Below are positions 35,101 to 45,868 of a stretch of DNA of 64,000 bases, one piece after another; position 1 is the first letter of the stretch, and each line of letters begins with the position of its first letter. The position numbers were made by a program, and so were the translations under genes. Origin of the DNA: a virus; IMG/VR virus record IMGVR_UViG_3300010389_000007, positions 1 to 64,000 of that record; one strand, written 5' to 3'. Below the pieces are notes generated by a model. That model made no database searches, had not been told where the DNA came from, and saw only the letters and a list, made by a program, of their open reading frames with translations.

Positions 35101-38100
35101 CCTTGAGCCCCTTGTCTACCCTGAGCACCTTGAGAACCTTGGGGTCCTAAGAATCCTTGAGCACCTTGAGCACCTACAGCACCTTGTCTACCCTGAGAAC
35201 CTTGTCTTCCTTGTGCACCCTGAACACCTTGGAATCCTTGTGGTCCAATAGCACCCTGAACACCTTGGGATCCTTGTCTACCTTGAGCACCTTGGAATCC
35301 TTGGGCACCTTGACGACCTTGTGCACCTTGAACTCCTTGGAATCCTTGGAATCCTTGTGGTCCAATAGCACCTTGTCTACCCTGTGCACCCTGAGCACCT
35401 ACAGAACCTTGTCTACCCTGAGCACCTTGAACACCTTGTGAACCCTGCCTACCTTGGAATCCTTGAGCACCCTGAGGTCCTTGGAATCCTTGAGCACCTT
35501 GAGCACCTACAGCACCTTGTCTACCCTGAGAACCTTGTCTTCCTTGTGCACCTTGAGCACCTACAGTTCCTTGTCTTCCTTGTGCACCTTGAACTCCTTG
35601 GAAACCTTGAGCACCCTGAACTCCTTGGAATCCTTGTGCACCTTGAGGTCCAATAGAACCTTGAGTTCCATTTGTTCCTTGTACACCTTGGAATCCTTGA
35701 GCGCCTTGAGGTCCAATAGCACCTTGAACACCTTGAGCACCTTGTCTTCCTTGTGCACCTTGGAATCCTTGTGCACCCTGAACACCTTGGAATCCTTGTG
35801 CACCCTGAGGTCCATTTAGAGGTTGTGTCCACTTAACACCAGTTCCTGTAGATGCAAGAACAGAGTTTGCAACACCTACAGTTCCTGGAGTATCATATAG
35901 AGGTCCATTGATCTTTAGATTTGTTGTAGTGGTAAATCCAGAAGATCTAATATCATGAACTCTAATGCTTGGAGTTAGAGTTACAATTCCAGAAGATACT
36001 GATAGGTTAGTGGAATCAAAGGATGCAATACCTTTTGTAGAGCTTGTTGCTAATGTATGGGTGTTGCTAGTTACTCCAACAACCCTACCATAAGCATCTA
36101 CAGTAAGATGTGAAATAAATTTGTCAGTCCCTGCAGATAGAGAAGTAACAGGAGTTGATACAGTTGCCAGATCAATATCATCAGGATTAATTACAATTCT
36201 TAGAGTGCTTGCAGTTCCAACATTAAAGTCTGCACCAGAATCATATAAACCAAGACCAGCACCTTTCTGAGATGGTGATGAAATCTGAGTAAATTCAATT
36301 GCAGAAACACCAATTGCAAGTGCATAAGTGTCTCTGGTAACAAGAGCAAAACCTTTTCCTTGCTCTTCTACACCACCAATAATGAAAGCAAAGTCTCCAG
36401 TTTCAATTTCCCCAACTTGGTCATAGTCACTAGCTCTTGTTAATTCCCAAGAAGTTGATCCATTACCAACTCTGGTTACAGTGTAGAAACCATTTTCATA
36501 TAGATTTGTCTGCTCTTTAATTAGGATTCTTTCATCTAAGAATAAAGTGGTATCATCAATGGAAGTTGTACCTACACCAACACCATAGAGTTTTGCTCCA
36601 ACACCACTAGCGCCATTATCATAATTTGAAACTAAGTTAATTGTAGATCCAAGAGAAACTGCCTTCTGAACCTGAATGCCTTGTGCAAAGGCATCAACAT
36701 AATTCTTGGATGCAAGTTCTGCATTTTGTAGAGGGATTTGCTCATTGACAAATACTCTATCAACATAAAGATTGCTGCTGATTCCAACATCACCCTTGAC
36801 CTCAAGGGTTCTTGTCATTACAGAAGTATTAACACCAACCTTGTTTGTAGAATCATTGAAGTATAGTTCAGCACCACCAAAGTCTCCGCCATCATTATAT
36901 TGAATCTGACCATCAGCACCGCCTGGAGTTACATCAACTGTGATGGTTACACCAACTCCAGTTCCATCATTGGTTGCAGTAATATACTGTCCAACAAAGT
37001 TGAGTGCAGTTACACTTCCTGCAGTACCTACAATAGATCCTTCATCTTTAATGGTTAGACCATTGAAGTTATTGACTGTTGCAAGTGGAACCCAATCAAC
37101 ACCAGTTCCAGTTGAAATTAGAACTTCATTAGCATTACCAGTTTCTGCATTTCCATCATACAATCCACCAGAAACATAAAGACTGTTGGTTGCAGTTACA
37201 ATACCAGCAGTTACATCACCATTCAGTGCACCAGAGAATCCACCAGTGGATGTTGTGACTCCAGTGATCTGAACTCCATTGTTTGTGGTCTCAAATTTCT
37301 TGGATCCGTTGTAGTAGAGTTCTACTGCACCATCTGTGATGAATTTTGCTTTAGTTTCAGTTCCATTGGTATTTTTTACTTCTAAATTATCAGCATTGAT
37401 ATTAAGATTTCCAGAACCAGTTTCTGAAATAATAGAATTATTATTGGAAGAGTTGTGGAAAATCTGTAAGTCAGTACCATCACCAAATCTCAATCTATCA
37501 TCATCACCAAGATTTACATTACCTTGGAATGTAGAAACACCAGAGACATTCAGTGATGTGATTCTTGCATCAGCAACTGTACCAACACCAGAATAATTGA
37601 GATCTGTACCAGACAGAGTTGTTACAATACCAGTAACTATTCTTGCTTCTGTTGGTACATGGAGGTTGGTTACTGTTCCTGTTGTTGATGAAAGTGTGGT
37701 TACAATACCAGAAACAATTCTTGCCTCTGTAGGAACATGCAGTGTTGGTGATGTAGTTACTCCTGAAACCTTGAGAGTATTTGCAATAACTACATTATCT
37801 GGGAGTCCAACTGTAACTGTAGCACCTTCACCAGTACCAGTAACTTCAATTTCATTTGTAGTTCCAGAAACTGATTCAACATAATCTCCAGTAGTATCAG
37901 TTCCAAGTTCTACTGAGTTTGGTTGAATAGTTGCTGCAAAAGATACATTACCTGTGCCATCAAAGCTAATGGGAGAAGCAAGTATATCTCCAGTAATTTG
38001 GAAAGTTCTTGCTGTTTCTAATTTTGTTGCATCTGTTGCTAATCCTGCATTAGCAGCATACACAGCATAAGTTGCTATATCTGCATTAGTTGCTATTCCA

Positions 38101-40961
38101 GCAGAAGCAGCATAAGTTGCATAGGTAGCAATTCCTGCTACATCAGCATAATCTGCTCTAGTGGCATTAGTTGAATCTGTAGCAAATCCAGCATTGGCAG
38201 CATAAGTTGCAAAAGTAGCAGCATCTGCATTGGTAGAAACTCCAGCAGAAGCAGCATAAGTTGAGTATGTAGAAACTCCAGAAGAAGCAGCATAGGTTGC
38301 ATAAGTTGCTATATCTGCATTAGTTGCAATACCAGCATTAGCAGCATATGAAGCAAAAGTTGCTATATCAGCATTAGTGGAAACTCCAGCATTAGCAGCA
38401 TAAGGAGTATAGGTAGCAACACCAGCATTTGCAGCATAAGTTGCATAGGTTGCTATATCTGCATTAGTGGATATTCCTGCATTAGCAGCATAAGTTGCAT
38501 AAGTTGCAGCATCAGCATTAGTGGCAATACCTGCAGAAGCAGCATAAGTTGCATAAGTAGCAGCATCTGCATTAGTTGCTATTCCAGCATTAACTGCATA
38601 AGTTGCTATTCCAGCACTGATGGCATATGTTGCAATACCTGCTGAGACTGCATAAGTAGATTCTGTAGAAATACCAGCAACTGCAGCATAATATGAGAAT
38701 GTGCTAATTCCAGCATCAGCAGCATACACAGCATAAGTTGCTATATCTGCATTTGTGGAGATACCAGCATTTGCGGCATAAGTTGCATAAGTAGCAATTC
38801 CTGCTACATCAGCATAATCAGATCTCGTGGCATTATCTGCATTAGTAGAAACTCCAGCATTAGCAGCATATACAGCATAAGTTGCTATGTCTGCATTTGT
38901 AGAAACTCCTGCAGAAGCAGCATAGACTGCATAAGTAGCTACATCAGCATTGACTGCATTTGTGGCATCTGTTGCTAATCCTGCATTAGCAGCATAAGTT
39001 GTGAAAGTAGCAATATCAGCATTAGTTGCTATTCCAGCAGTTGCTGCATAGTTAGAATACGTTGAAATTCCAGCAACATCAGCATAATCTGCTCTAGTGG
39101 CATTGTTAGCATCAGTAGCAATTCCTGCTGTTGCTGCATAAGTTGCATAGGTAGCTGCATCTGCATTGGTAGCAATACCAGCATTAGCAGCATAAGGAGT
39201 ATAGGTAGCAACTCCAGCATTTGCAGCATAAGTAGCAAAGTCTGCATCTGTAGATAGTCCAGCATTAGCAGCATATACAGCATAGGTTGCTATGTCTGCA
39301 TTAGTAGCTATGCCTGCATTTGCTGCATATGGAGTGTAACTAGAGACTCCAGCATTAGCAGCGTAGGTAGCATAAGTTGCCACACCTGCTGTGCCAGCAT
39401 AGGTAGAATAAATTGCAATATCAGCATTAGTTGCTATGCCAGCAGAAGCTGCATAAGTTGCATAGGTTGCAATACCTGCTACATCTGCATAATCAGATCT
39501 CGTGGCATTAGTTGAATCTGTAGCAAATCCTGCTGTAGCAGCATATACAGCAAAAGTTGCTATATCAGCATTAGTGGAAACTCCAGCATTTGCTGCATAT
39601 GGAGTATAAGTAGCAACACCAGCATTAGCAGCATAAGTGGCAAAAGTGGCATCAGTAGAAACTCCAGCAGTTCCAGCATATACAGCATAAGTTGCTATAT
39701 CGGCATTAGTTGCTATACCCGCATTAGCAGCATATGGAGTATAGGTAGCAACACCAGCATTAGCAGAATAGGTAGCATAAGTTGCTATGCCAGCAGTTCC
39801 AGAATATACAGCATAAGTTGCTATATCAGCATTGGTAGCAATACCAGCAGAAGCTGCATAAGTTGCATAGGTTGCTATTCCAGCTACATCTGCATAATCA
39901 GATCTAGTGGCATTAGTGGCATCAGTAGAAAATCCTGCATTAGCAGCATATACAGCATAAGTTGCTATATCAGCATTGGTAGCAATACCAGCAGAAGCTG
40001 CATAAGTTGCATAGGTTGCTATTCCAGCTACATCTGCATAATCAGATCTAGTGGCATTAGTGGCATCAGTAGAAAATCCTGCATTAGCAGCATATACAGC
40101 ATAAGTTGCTATATCAGCATTGGTAGCAATACCAGCAGAAGCTGCATAAGTTGCATAGGTTGCTACACCAGCATTAGAAGCATAAGTTGCAGTATCTGCA
40201 TTCCCAGTTAAATTTCCAGTAATATTACCAACAAAATTGCTTGCAGTAACTACTCCAGTAAAGTCAGCATCAGTTCCCTTTACATAATCAATAGTGCCAA
40301 TACCAGAATAGTTAATATCTACACCAGAAAGGGAAGTTACAACACCAACTCCAATATCTGCTGTTCCTACATAAGCATTTGCATAACTTAAAGTGCCACC
40401 ATCAAGAGTTTGTAGGGTACTAATGCCAAGAAACTTGGCAGAAGTTCCTGTTAGAATATCAATATCACCAGTATCATAATCTAAAGAGGTTCCACTTAAA
40501 GATGTTACAACTCCAGTGTTAATATAACCATTGGTAAAATTGCCATTAGTATAGGTAGCAGTAGTTCCTTCTACTGTTGTTATCGTACCAATGCCATTAT
40601 AATTTAAATCTCTTCCAGAAAGTGATGTAACTACACCTACTTCAAAATATCCAGTTTCTCCATTGACTAAAGTAGATGTAAGAGTTGTAACTACACCTAC
40701 TTCAAAATATCCAGTTTCCCCATTAACTACAGTTCCCTGTAGAGTTGTGACTGTAGCAACACCAGCAGAAATATCACCACTAAATTGAGAAGCAGTAACT
40801 ACCCCAGTTACTAATTGATCACCCTCAACTTGTAGTTCTGCAGTTGCATTGGTTGTGCCAATTCCAACCTTGCCAGTTACCTCTAATACTGTATCAGTAT
40901 CATTGTAACCAGATAGACCAACCTTAATATCTCGTTGTCTTCTTGATAAAAAATCTGACAT
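32112..40961 (-). CDS. Giant collagen-like tail fibre with Ala/Thr/Tyr repeats and C-terminal peptidase S74 (intramolecular chaperone)
   Basis: (ATYA/AGI) repeats ~38030-40200; (Gly-X-Gln)n ~33090-35812; [12 protein letters not shown]...MGLIAQEVE...[16 protein letters not shown]. Confidence 0.88.
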   Translation of the reverse strand: MSDFLSRRQRDIKVGLSGYNDTDTVLEVTGKVGIGTTNATAELQVEGDQLVTGVVTASQFSGDISAGVATVTTLQGTVVNGETGYFEVGVVTTLTSTLVNGETGYFEVGVVTSLSGRDLNYNGIGTITTVEGTTATYTNGNFTNGYINTGVVTSLSGTSLDYDTGDIDILTGTSAKFLGISTLQTLDGGTLSYANAYVGTADIGVGVVTSLSGVDINYSGIGTIDYVKGTDADFTGVVTASNFVGNITGNLTGNADTATYASNAGVATYATYAASAGIATNADIATYAVYAANAGFSTDATNATRSDYADVAGIATYATYAASAGIATNADIATYAVYAANAGFSTDATNATRSDYADVAGIATYATYAASAGIATNADIATYAVYSGTAGIATYATYSANAGVATYTPYAANAGIATNADIATYAVYAGTAGVSTDATFATYAANAGVATYTPYAANAGVSTNADIATFAVYAATAGFATDSTNATRSDYADVAGIATYATYAASAGIATNADIAIYSTYAGTAGVATYATYAANAGVSSYTPYAANAGIATNADIATYAVYAANAGLSTDADFATYAANAGVATYTPYAANAGIATNADAATYATYAATAGIATDANNATRADYADVAGISTYSNYAATAGIATNADIATFTTYAANAGLATDATNAVNADVATYAVYAASAGVSTNADIATYAVYAANAGVSTNADNATRSDYADVAGIATYATYAANAGISTNADIATYAVYAADAGISTFSYYAAVAGISTESTYAVSAGIATYAISAGIATYAVNAGIATNADAATYATYAASAGIATNADAATYATYAANAGISTNADIATYATYAANAGVATYTPYAANAGVSTNADIATFASYAANAGIATNADIATYATYAASSGVSTYSTYAASAGVSTNADAATFATYAANAGFATDSTNATRADYADVAGIATYATYAASAGIATNADIATYAVYAANAGLATDATKLETARTFQITGDILASPISFDGTGNVSFAATIQPNSVELGTDTTGDYVESVSGTTNEIEVTGTGEGATVTVGLPDNVVIANTLKVSGVTTSPTLHVPTEARIVSGIVTTLSSTTGTVTNLHVPTEARIVTGIVTTLSGTDLNYSGVGTVADARITSLNVSGVSTFQGNVNLGDDDRLRFGDGTDLQIFHNSSNNNSIISETGSGNLNINADNLEVKNTNGTETKAKFITDGAVELYYNGSKKFETTNNGVQITGVTTSTGGFSGALNGDVTAGIVTATNSLYVSGGLYDGNAETGNANEVLISTGTGVDWVPLATVNNFNGLTIKDEGSIVGTAGSVTALNFVGQYITATNDGTGVGVTITVDVTPGGADGQIQYNDGGDFGGAELYFNDSTNKVGVNTSVMTRTLEVKGDVGISSNLYVDRVFVNEQIPLQNAELASKNYVDAFAQGIQVQKAVSLGSTINLVSNYDNGASGVGAKLYGVGVGTTSIDDTTLFLDERILIKEQTNLYENGFYTVTRVGNGSTSWELTRASDYDQVGEIETGDFAFIIGGVEEQGKGFALVTRDTYALAIGVSAIEFTQISSPSQKGAGLGLYDSGADFNVGTASTLRIVINPDDIDLATVSTPVTSLSAGTDKFISHLTVDAYGRVVGVTSNTHTLATSSTKGIASFDSTNLSVSSGIVTLTPSIRVHDIRSSGFTTTTNLKINGPLYDTPGTVGVANSVLASTGTGVKWTQPLNGPQGAQGFQGVQGAQGFQGAQGRQGAQGVQGAIGPQGAQGFQGVQGTNGTQGSIGPQGAQGFQGVQGAQGFQGVQGAQGRQGTVGAQGAQGRQGSQGRQGAVGAQGAQGFQGPQGAQGFQGRQGSQGVQGAQGRQGSVGAQGAQGRQGAIGPQGFQGFQGVQGAQGRQGAQGFQGAQGRQGSQGVQGAIGPQGFQGVQGAQGRQGSQGRQGAVGAQGAQGFLGPQGSQGAQGRQGAQGRQGAVGAQGAQGIQGSQGRQGSVGAQGAQGRQGAVGAQGAIGPQGAQGRQGAQGRQGAVGAQGTQGVQGAQGVQGSTGAQGAQGVQGAQGRQGAVGAQGAQGRQGSAGAQGAIGPQGAQGVQGAQGRQGAQGVQGSQGVQGAQGVQGSTGAQGAQGIQGAQGRQGSTGAQGAQGRQGAQGRQGSVGAQGSIGPQGIAGVQGAQGRQGAQGHQGRQGAQGYQGVQGAAGAQGAQGRQGSPGVEGAQGASGTTGAQGAIGPQGAQGNQGVQGATGNQGVQGAQGYQGRQGAQGRQGAAGAQGAAGAQGASGTTGAQGAIGPQGAQGRQGAAGAQGAQGRQGAAGVQGAQGRQGAAGAQGAAGAQGAQGRQGAQGNSGVQGSGGAQGAQGQLGGGSWTPVLSTVTQTGPNQFQRTSGSGWNARVYSAEEYEYAYMAFQVNNTSGVGMIALTADPTASTSYTTLDYAWYVNAGTARIYENGSNIGTYGSYTTSTIFSITYDGSTVKYYKDGVLQRSRSITHSGGLHVSSSINTTTGVYTIVFGPMGSVGAQGFQGFQGAAGVQGAQGRQGTAGAQGAAGAQGAAGAQGAQGRQGAVGAQGAQGRQGSAGAQGAQGRQGSAGPRGPQGATGAQGAQGRQGTAGAQGAQGRQGSAGAQGAQGRQGAQGFQGIPGPVAGSDTQLIYNNNGSPAGAANLTYDGTRLLYRTLKPRNVGGDSNLSISSYAYDIFQEDGTWNSPYPDLRINFHTGISFGANSNYGGYRFMDDYNSLTARFQINGTSNNNYSYKRLRVDEGIYESTNDADLRANETTSYGAWKVDGNRGGYFGFLFDSGRGPHLMFQSATGNGGIYYSAGGIWPVYYSYGDNCVGITGSTTSSAYELYVSGDVYATGTITAASDVRLKKNIETIESPLDKVLKLRGVTFEWDLTKAKNRKEGIKMGLIAQEVEQIVPEVVTHAKDVDEYSVEYGNLTALLIEAVKEQNEIINTMRRELDELKKKLGE
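39804..40163. repeat. 144-bp tandem repeat (~2.5 copies) inside the fibre gene
   Basis: GATCTAGTGGCATTAGTGGC at 39901 and 40045; 48-aa unit. Confidence 0.85.
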
Positions 40962-40965
40962 TTAA

Positions 40966-41307
40966 TTACCTCTTGGCACTTTCTAGAACGCTAAGAACAA
41001 TCTCCAGGGTTCCATCTACACTCCCCTGAACCTTAAAAACGTCACCTGTTTCCAAAATTAATCTTCCAGATAATAATGAAGTAGAATCATTTGCTGGAAT
41101 TGGAGTTTCTTTTACTAACCTTGCATCAACTCCACTTCTGGAGTGTGCTGCAGTAACTGTCTGGGTTGAGGTTCCTGTACCTACATTACTGACCTGAGCA
41201 AGCAAAATAATAGAGGCAACTCCAGTTGGAGCAGTATAAATCCCTACATTAGAAGTAGTGACATTATGCCTGATGGTCAAAAATTTATTAAGTGCTATTT
41301 GTGCCAT
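40966..41307 (-). CDS. Small structural protein, paralog of 48604..48987
   Basis: MAQIALNKF...IYTAPTG...AQVSNVG...IPAND...GRLILE. Confidence 0.8.
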   Translation of the reverse strand: MAQIALNKFLTIRHNVTTSNVGIYTAPTGVASIILLAQVSNVGTGTSTQTVTAAHSRSGVDARLVKETPIPANDSTSLLSGRLILETGDVFKVQGSVDGTLEIVLSVLESAKR

Positions 41308-41308
41308 A

Positions 41309-43540
41309 TTATCCTAACTGATCCAGGGCAATAATTAGGGGTGTTACTGTATTTAGAAGACTCTGATCGAAGTCCCTACCACTGATTGTTCCTGTAAATT
41401 GGTTCACAGAAACACCATCACCAATTCTAAAGTTACCTGCCTGATCTGTGCTGGTATAGACTACCAATCCACCATCTCTAAATACAACTTCATTATCTTG
41501 AATTGTTACTCCACCAAGAGCAGGTTTTGCTGTAAAGATGTTAGTTCCAGATCCAACATATTCAAATGAGTGTGATGAAGCAATTTGTAAACTTTGTCTG
41601 GTAAAATATGCAGTAGTCCCAGACCCAACTTCAAAATCAAGAACAGTTTTGAGAACAACTGTGCTAACACCAGCAATTGGTAATGATGCACTCTCAATAG
41701 AATAATAAATTGGTTGTAAAACAACAGTTCCAGATGCTCCACCAGTTCCACCAACTGAAATGTTTGGTGGATTTTCTATTTCATACTGAGATCCAGTTGC
41801 AATAATTGTAAATCCAGTAACTGTTCCATCTAGTGAGACATCAGCAACTGCTTCTGCCCTAATACCAGATGGACCAGTTGGTGCATCAATAGTAACTGTT
41901 GGTGGATTGTTTAGATCATATCCAGATCCAGGATTATCCACAATAATAGAATCTACTGTATAGTATAATTTTCCAAAGTACAGTGCCTGACCATCATAAG
42001 GTCTGTAAGAACCAATTCCAGAAATTGCAATTGTATCAGTATCTTCTGCTGCAGTAGTGGAAACTTCCCCAGTCATTCTATAAATTGATCCAGAATCTGT
42101 ACCACCAACACCAATTGAGACTAGACCTTCATTTCCAAATGATGAGTTTGAGTTTGTAATATCACACTGACCACCATTTCCTGTGTAAATTGCAATATCA
42201 TCACAAATAGTAAATATAGAAACTAACTGTGCATATGCACCATTTGTGATGGTAACACCAATGCCACCCTGGTTATATTGGGTATAGGAGTCAACTGACA
42301 TTGTGCCAGTAACACCAATGTCATCTTGATCTCCTGGTTCTGCATGGAAACCATCAACTTTCATTCCAATACTATCTGGAATAAAGTTAGTGCAGTTTCT
42401 AATATATGGACCCTGAGTGATTGGACCTACACCTGGGGAGAATGAAGGATCATTTTCAACTGAAGTTCCTAATCCAGAATTTCCTGGATAAGTTGTATTG
42501 AATCCTACTCCAAGAACTCCTAATCCTTGATCAATAATTGCAGTTACAACACCAACACAAGAATAGATGGCAGATACTACATTGGCACATCCATCAACAC
42601 TTTGATTTCCATATGCACCATCTGGTTGAATACTTAGGTCTCTTACTTGGAAATACTCATTTTGATAATTTCCATCCCAGACTACATTATTGATACATGA
42701 TTTTGCAATGCCTGCTGCATAATACATTGCATCAATTGTTTCAGTCTTAACTCCAACAATGTGTTGAAGTGCTCCTGCTTGTGTGTAATATGATTTTCCT
42801 GCTCCAACACACTTAGAGTTTCCACCTCTTGTTATGTCATAACAGACTGCTTTGAATACTGATTTAATATCTTCTGCGCATTCTTTGGCAGTTCCAATGC
42901 CCATTGAGAATGCACCACCATTATAGTCAGTGCTAGTTAAATATCCTACTGTTTCTTTTGCAATAAAATCAAGATTCATCCTGATCATTCTTGCAGCATC
43001 AAAATATCTGAATGATGAAACTCCAACTAATGGTTGGAATGCAATAACTGATGCTCCATTGGACATTCCTGGTCCAACAAAACTTAAATCTGTAACATGA
43101 ACACCATTGTTCACATGAAACAGATCTTCAGTTGTATTCTGTGGAGTTACCTGACAGTTTCTTAGTTCAGTTCCCTCAACAGATACATTTCTAGGAATAA
43201 CTACTGGATTATTTTCTGCATAATAACCAGGATAGATCTTGATAGTATCACCAGGAAGTGCTATTGCTGCTGCAGCCTTAATGGTTGCTTTTGCATCTCC
43301 TTGGTTTAATCCTGTATTATCATCATCTCCATTAGTATTGACAAATATTGTTTTTCCTACTGATGATCCAGCACCAACTTCAATAACTCTTGTACCTACA
43401 CCTACAGCACCTTGATCCTGTTTAAGAAAAAGTTTACCATCATACAAGTTGATGGCTAATTCTCCTGCCTGGAGTTGATCTATAGTGGGTTTCTTTGCAG
43501 GAACAGAAGACCTTCTTATCCTGATCTTAGGATCTGCCAT
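41309..43540 (-). CDS. Virion structural/fibre-base protein with beta-helix-like domain, paralog of 48995..53470
   Basis: IRIRRSSVP...GELAINLYDGKLF N-terminus; PYIRNCTNF...DSYTQYNQGGIG; STDQAGNFRIG. Confidence 0.8.
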   Translation of the reverse strand: MADPKIRIRRSSVPAKKPTIDQLQAGELAINLYDGKLFLKQDQGAVGVGTRVIEVGAGSSVGKTIFVNTNGDDDNTGLNQGDAKATIKAAAAIALPGDTIKIYPGYYAENNPVVIPRNVSVEGTELRNCQVTPQNTTEDLFHVNNGVHVTDLSFVGPGMSNGASVIAFQPLVGVSSFRYFDAARMIRMNLDFIAKETVGYLTSTDYNGGAFSMGIGTAKECAEDIKSVFKAVCYDITRGGNSKCVGAGKSYYTQAGALQHIVGVKTETIDAMYYAAGIAKSCINNVVWDGNYQNEYFQVRDLSIQPDGAYGNQSVDGCANVVSAIYSCVGVVTAIIDQGLGVLGVGFNTTYPGNSGLGTSVENDPSFSPGVGPITQGPYIRNCTNFIPDSIGMKVDGFHAEPGDQDDIGVTGTMSVDSYTQYNQGGIGVTITNGAYAQLVSIFTICDDIAIYTGNGGQCDITNSNSSFGNEGLVSIGVGGTDSGSIYRMTGEVSTTAAEDTDTIAISGIGSYRPYDGQALYFGKLYYTVDSIIVDNPGSGYDLNNPPTVTIDAPTGPSGIRAEAVADVSLDGTVTGFTIIATGSQYEIENPPNISVGGTGGASGTVVLQPIYYSIESASLPIAGVSTVVLKTVLDFEVGSGTTAYFTRQSLQIASSHSFEYVGSGTNIFTAKPALGGVTIQDNEVVFRDGGLVVYTSTDQAGNFRIGDGVSVNQFTGTISGRDFDQSLLNTVTPLIIALDQLG

Positions 43541-43592
43541 ATATTATAGTGGTATATACCGTACCCCTGATATGTATCAGGATTTCTTTTAT

Positions 43593-43787
43593 TTATTCAA
43601 AAGATTCTGACTCAGTTTCAGTTTGTTGCTCTATTTCTTTTTCAAGAGATTTAATTCTTTCATTCAATTCAGAAACTACTGTAGATAAAGCATTTATTTT
43701 TGCCTCATATACAATGTTTTGGTTAATTAATTCTGTTACTTTCTTTTGATAGGAAGCAAGTAGTGCATTATAATCTATATCAACCAT
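43593..43787 (-). CDS. Small coiled-coil protein
   Basis: IDYNALLASYQKKV.EL.NQNI..EAK. Confidence 0.75.
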   Translation of the reverse strand: MVDIDYNALLASYQKKVTELINQNIVYEAKINALSTVVSELNERIKSLEKEIEQQTETESESFE

Positions 43788-45184
43788 TAGAATGTTCCAG
43801 CATCAACAGTAATATTTTCTAGGAATCTTTCTGATCCTGTGCAAGAAACTAATTGAGATTGTCCAGCACAATCATTGACCCAGATAGATTCAATCTCTAT
43901 AGCAGCATATGTGTTAATTGTCAACACACTACTAGATTCTGTTACATCTTTTGCTAATACAATTCTTTGAGCACTGTCATCCCAGAATGCAGCAGCTTTC
44001 TTTGCACTTCCATCATACCAGTGCATCAATAGACCAACATCAATATTTAAATCTGATGCTGGAACATCAAGAAGACCACCACTATTGATAAGTCCAACCT
44101 CAATCAGACTATCTTCAACCTTCATGCTTTCAGCATTCACTTCTACAGTGGTGCCTAATACATAAAGATCACCATTAACAGTTAGGTCATTAGTTGCACT
44201 TATGTTTCCAGTAAATGTGGATACTCCAGTAACTGCAAGATTTGATTGGAATCTTACTTCTCCACCAACATCAAGAGCATATCTATCTCCCAAAGCTGGG
44301 TTATCAATAATAACACCATCTTGGAATGTTGAAACTCCAGTTACTTTTAGATCATTTGATTCTAATGCATTAGCAATATCTACACTTCCATTAACATCTA
44401 GATCAGTTGTTATGGTTGCACCAGCACCAACTATAAGATCTTGAACATATAAATTTCTCCACTGTTTATCTGTGGCACCTAAATCATATGAATTTGTTGT
44501 AGATGGACCTACATTAGATGCAAATTCCCCACCAACAATAATATCATCAGTATCATTATCGCCAATGTTAATTGTTCCACCTTTGAATGTTACTTCTCCA
44601 ACAAAGGTTGAAACTCCAGCAACTTCTAAATTTCCTCCAATATTAACACTCTTTTCTACCCCAATACCACCTTCTACTACAAGTGCACCAGTATCCTTAT
44701 CTGTAGAATCTGTTACATCCTGGAACTCTACTAACTGAGTAGCAGTTAAGAATCCTACAGTTAAGTTATCAACTTCTAAATTTGTAAATTGATTGGACCA
44801 AGATAGTGATCCAGTTCCATCAGTTTTTAGGAATGTGTCATCAATTGGTGTGGGTGGGAAAGTATATTGTACGTTTGCATCCAACCCATTTGGTGCTGCC
44901 AAAGTTACATAATTTTCTCCATTGTCTGATGCTTCTAGCAGATTAATACCACCACCAGTAGTGGAAGTTTCTTTTGACCAATACCTAGAAGAACCAAAAA
45001 ACTTATTATTTGGTGCAGTAATAAGTTCACTGGTAATGGTATTGATACCAAGAGTTATGGTAGTGCCAGTGCCAATGTAAAAATCATAACTATCTGTGGT
45101 AAATCCTGGCTCCCCTGCTCTGAAAGTTACCAGTCCAACATTAGCAGCAGGGCCTCTCTTGAATTGTAATACAGCAGAAGCCAT
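43787..45184 (-). CDS. Tail fibre-like structural protein
   Basis: LQFKRG...RAGEPGFTTD; GALVVEGGIGVEK; ends ITVDAGTF. Confidence 0.8.
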   Translation of the reverse strand: MASAVLQFKRGPAANVGLVTFRAGEPGFTTDSYDFYIGTGTTITLGINTITSELITAPNNKFFGSSRYWSKETSTTGGGINLLEASDNGENYVTLAAPNGLDANVQYTFPPTPIDDTFLKTDGTGSLSWSNQFTNLEVDNLTVGFLTATQLVEFQDVTDSTDKDTGALVVEGGIGVEKSVNIGGNLEVAGVSTFVGEVTFKGGTINIGDNDTDDIIVGGEFASNVGPSTTNSYDLGATDKQWRNLYVQDLIVGAGATITTDLDVNGSVDIANALESNDLKVTGVSTFQDGVIIDNPALGDRYALDVGGEVRFQSNLAVTGVSTFTGNISATNDLTVNGDLYVLGTTVEVNAESMKVEDSLIEVGLINSGGLLDVPASDLNIDVGLLMHWYDGSAKKAAAFWDDSAQRIVLAKDVTESSSVLTINTYAAIEIESIWVNDCAGQSQLVSCTGSERFLENITVDAGTF

Positions 45185-45209
45185 AGTTATCCCTAGTTTT
45201 TACTATTTA

Positions 45210-45518
45210 TTAAAAGGACCCACCGTCTAAATCTATATTATCTCCTCTGGAAGAATTTGTATCCAAAGCATTAATGAATACTCCAGGAAGACCATCACCA
45301 GAAGACGAAGATGATTGTACAGTAGATGCAGCAGAAACTAAAACATCATCAGGATCAATGAAAGTGAATTTGCTTGATGTAGTGTCATATGCAAGAACAT
45401 AATTAAATGATTCTGATGTAATGCCAGTAGCATTAACATCTATAAGATCTGTTAATCTGTTTGCCACGTTAGTTAAGACCTCTACTTCTGTTGTTGAGTT
45501 TAAATTAAGCTCTATCAT
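45210..45518 (-). CDS. Small structural protein
   Basis: LTDLIDVN...VLAYD....KF; ends LDGGSF. Confidence 0.75.
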   Translation of the reverse strand: MIELNLNSTTEVEVLTNVANRLTDLIDVNATGITSESFNYVLAYDTTSSKFTFIDPDDVLVSAASTVQSSSSSGDGLPGVFINALDTNSSRGDNIDLDGGSF

Positions 45519-45849
45519 TAGATGCAGATCCTCTTACTAGAACATTGCCTTCTAGAACTTTTGTCTTAACCCCAGAAACATTAATTGTAAAGAAGTCATA
45601 AACATGCCTTCCAACTGGAAGTTCAGTAGTCACTGCATTTGCCAGTTCAATTCTAACAACTCCAGCACTTTCTGGTGGAAGAACTGTTGTACTAAATGCA
45701 TATCCAACTGGAGATCCATAATGTTTTCTCATTACACAAGAGAATCCATAACCAGTTAAGTTTACCACTGCTCCATCAGTCTTAATCTTGAGGGCAGTGG
45801 AAAAGTCAGCACCCTTATCAATAGTAAAATTTACTGCAGATACTGCCAT
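45505..45849 (-). CDS. Small structural protein (BppU-like fold)
   Basis: VNFTIDKGADFS...NLTGY...MRKHYGS...GRHVYD...KVLEG. Confidence 0.75.
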   Translation of the reverse strand: MAVSAVNFTIDKGADFSTALKIKTDGAVVNLTGYGFSCVMRKHYGSPVGYAFSTTVLPPESAGVVRIELANAVTTELPVGRHVYDFFTINVSGVKTKVLEGNVLVRGSASNDRA

Positions 45850-45868
45850 ACTACTTACTTTATTTTAT

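Noticed and set aside
33047-35832. Many alternative-frame and antisense ORFs (STLSTL..., LKVLKV..., LEHLEH...)
   Set aside because: Shadow frames of the Gly-X-Gln codon repeat; the same applies at 46232-47995
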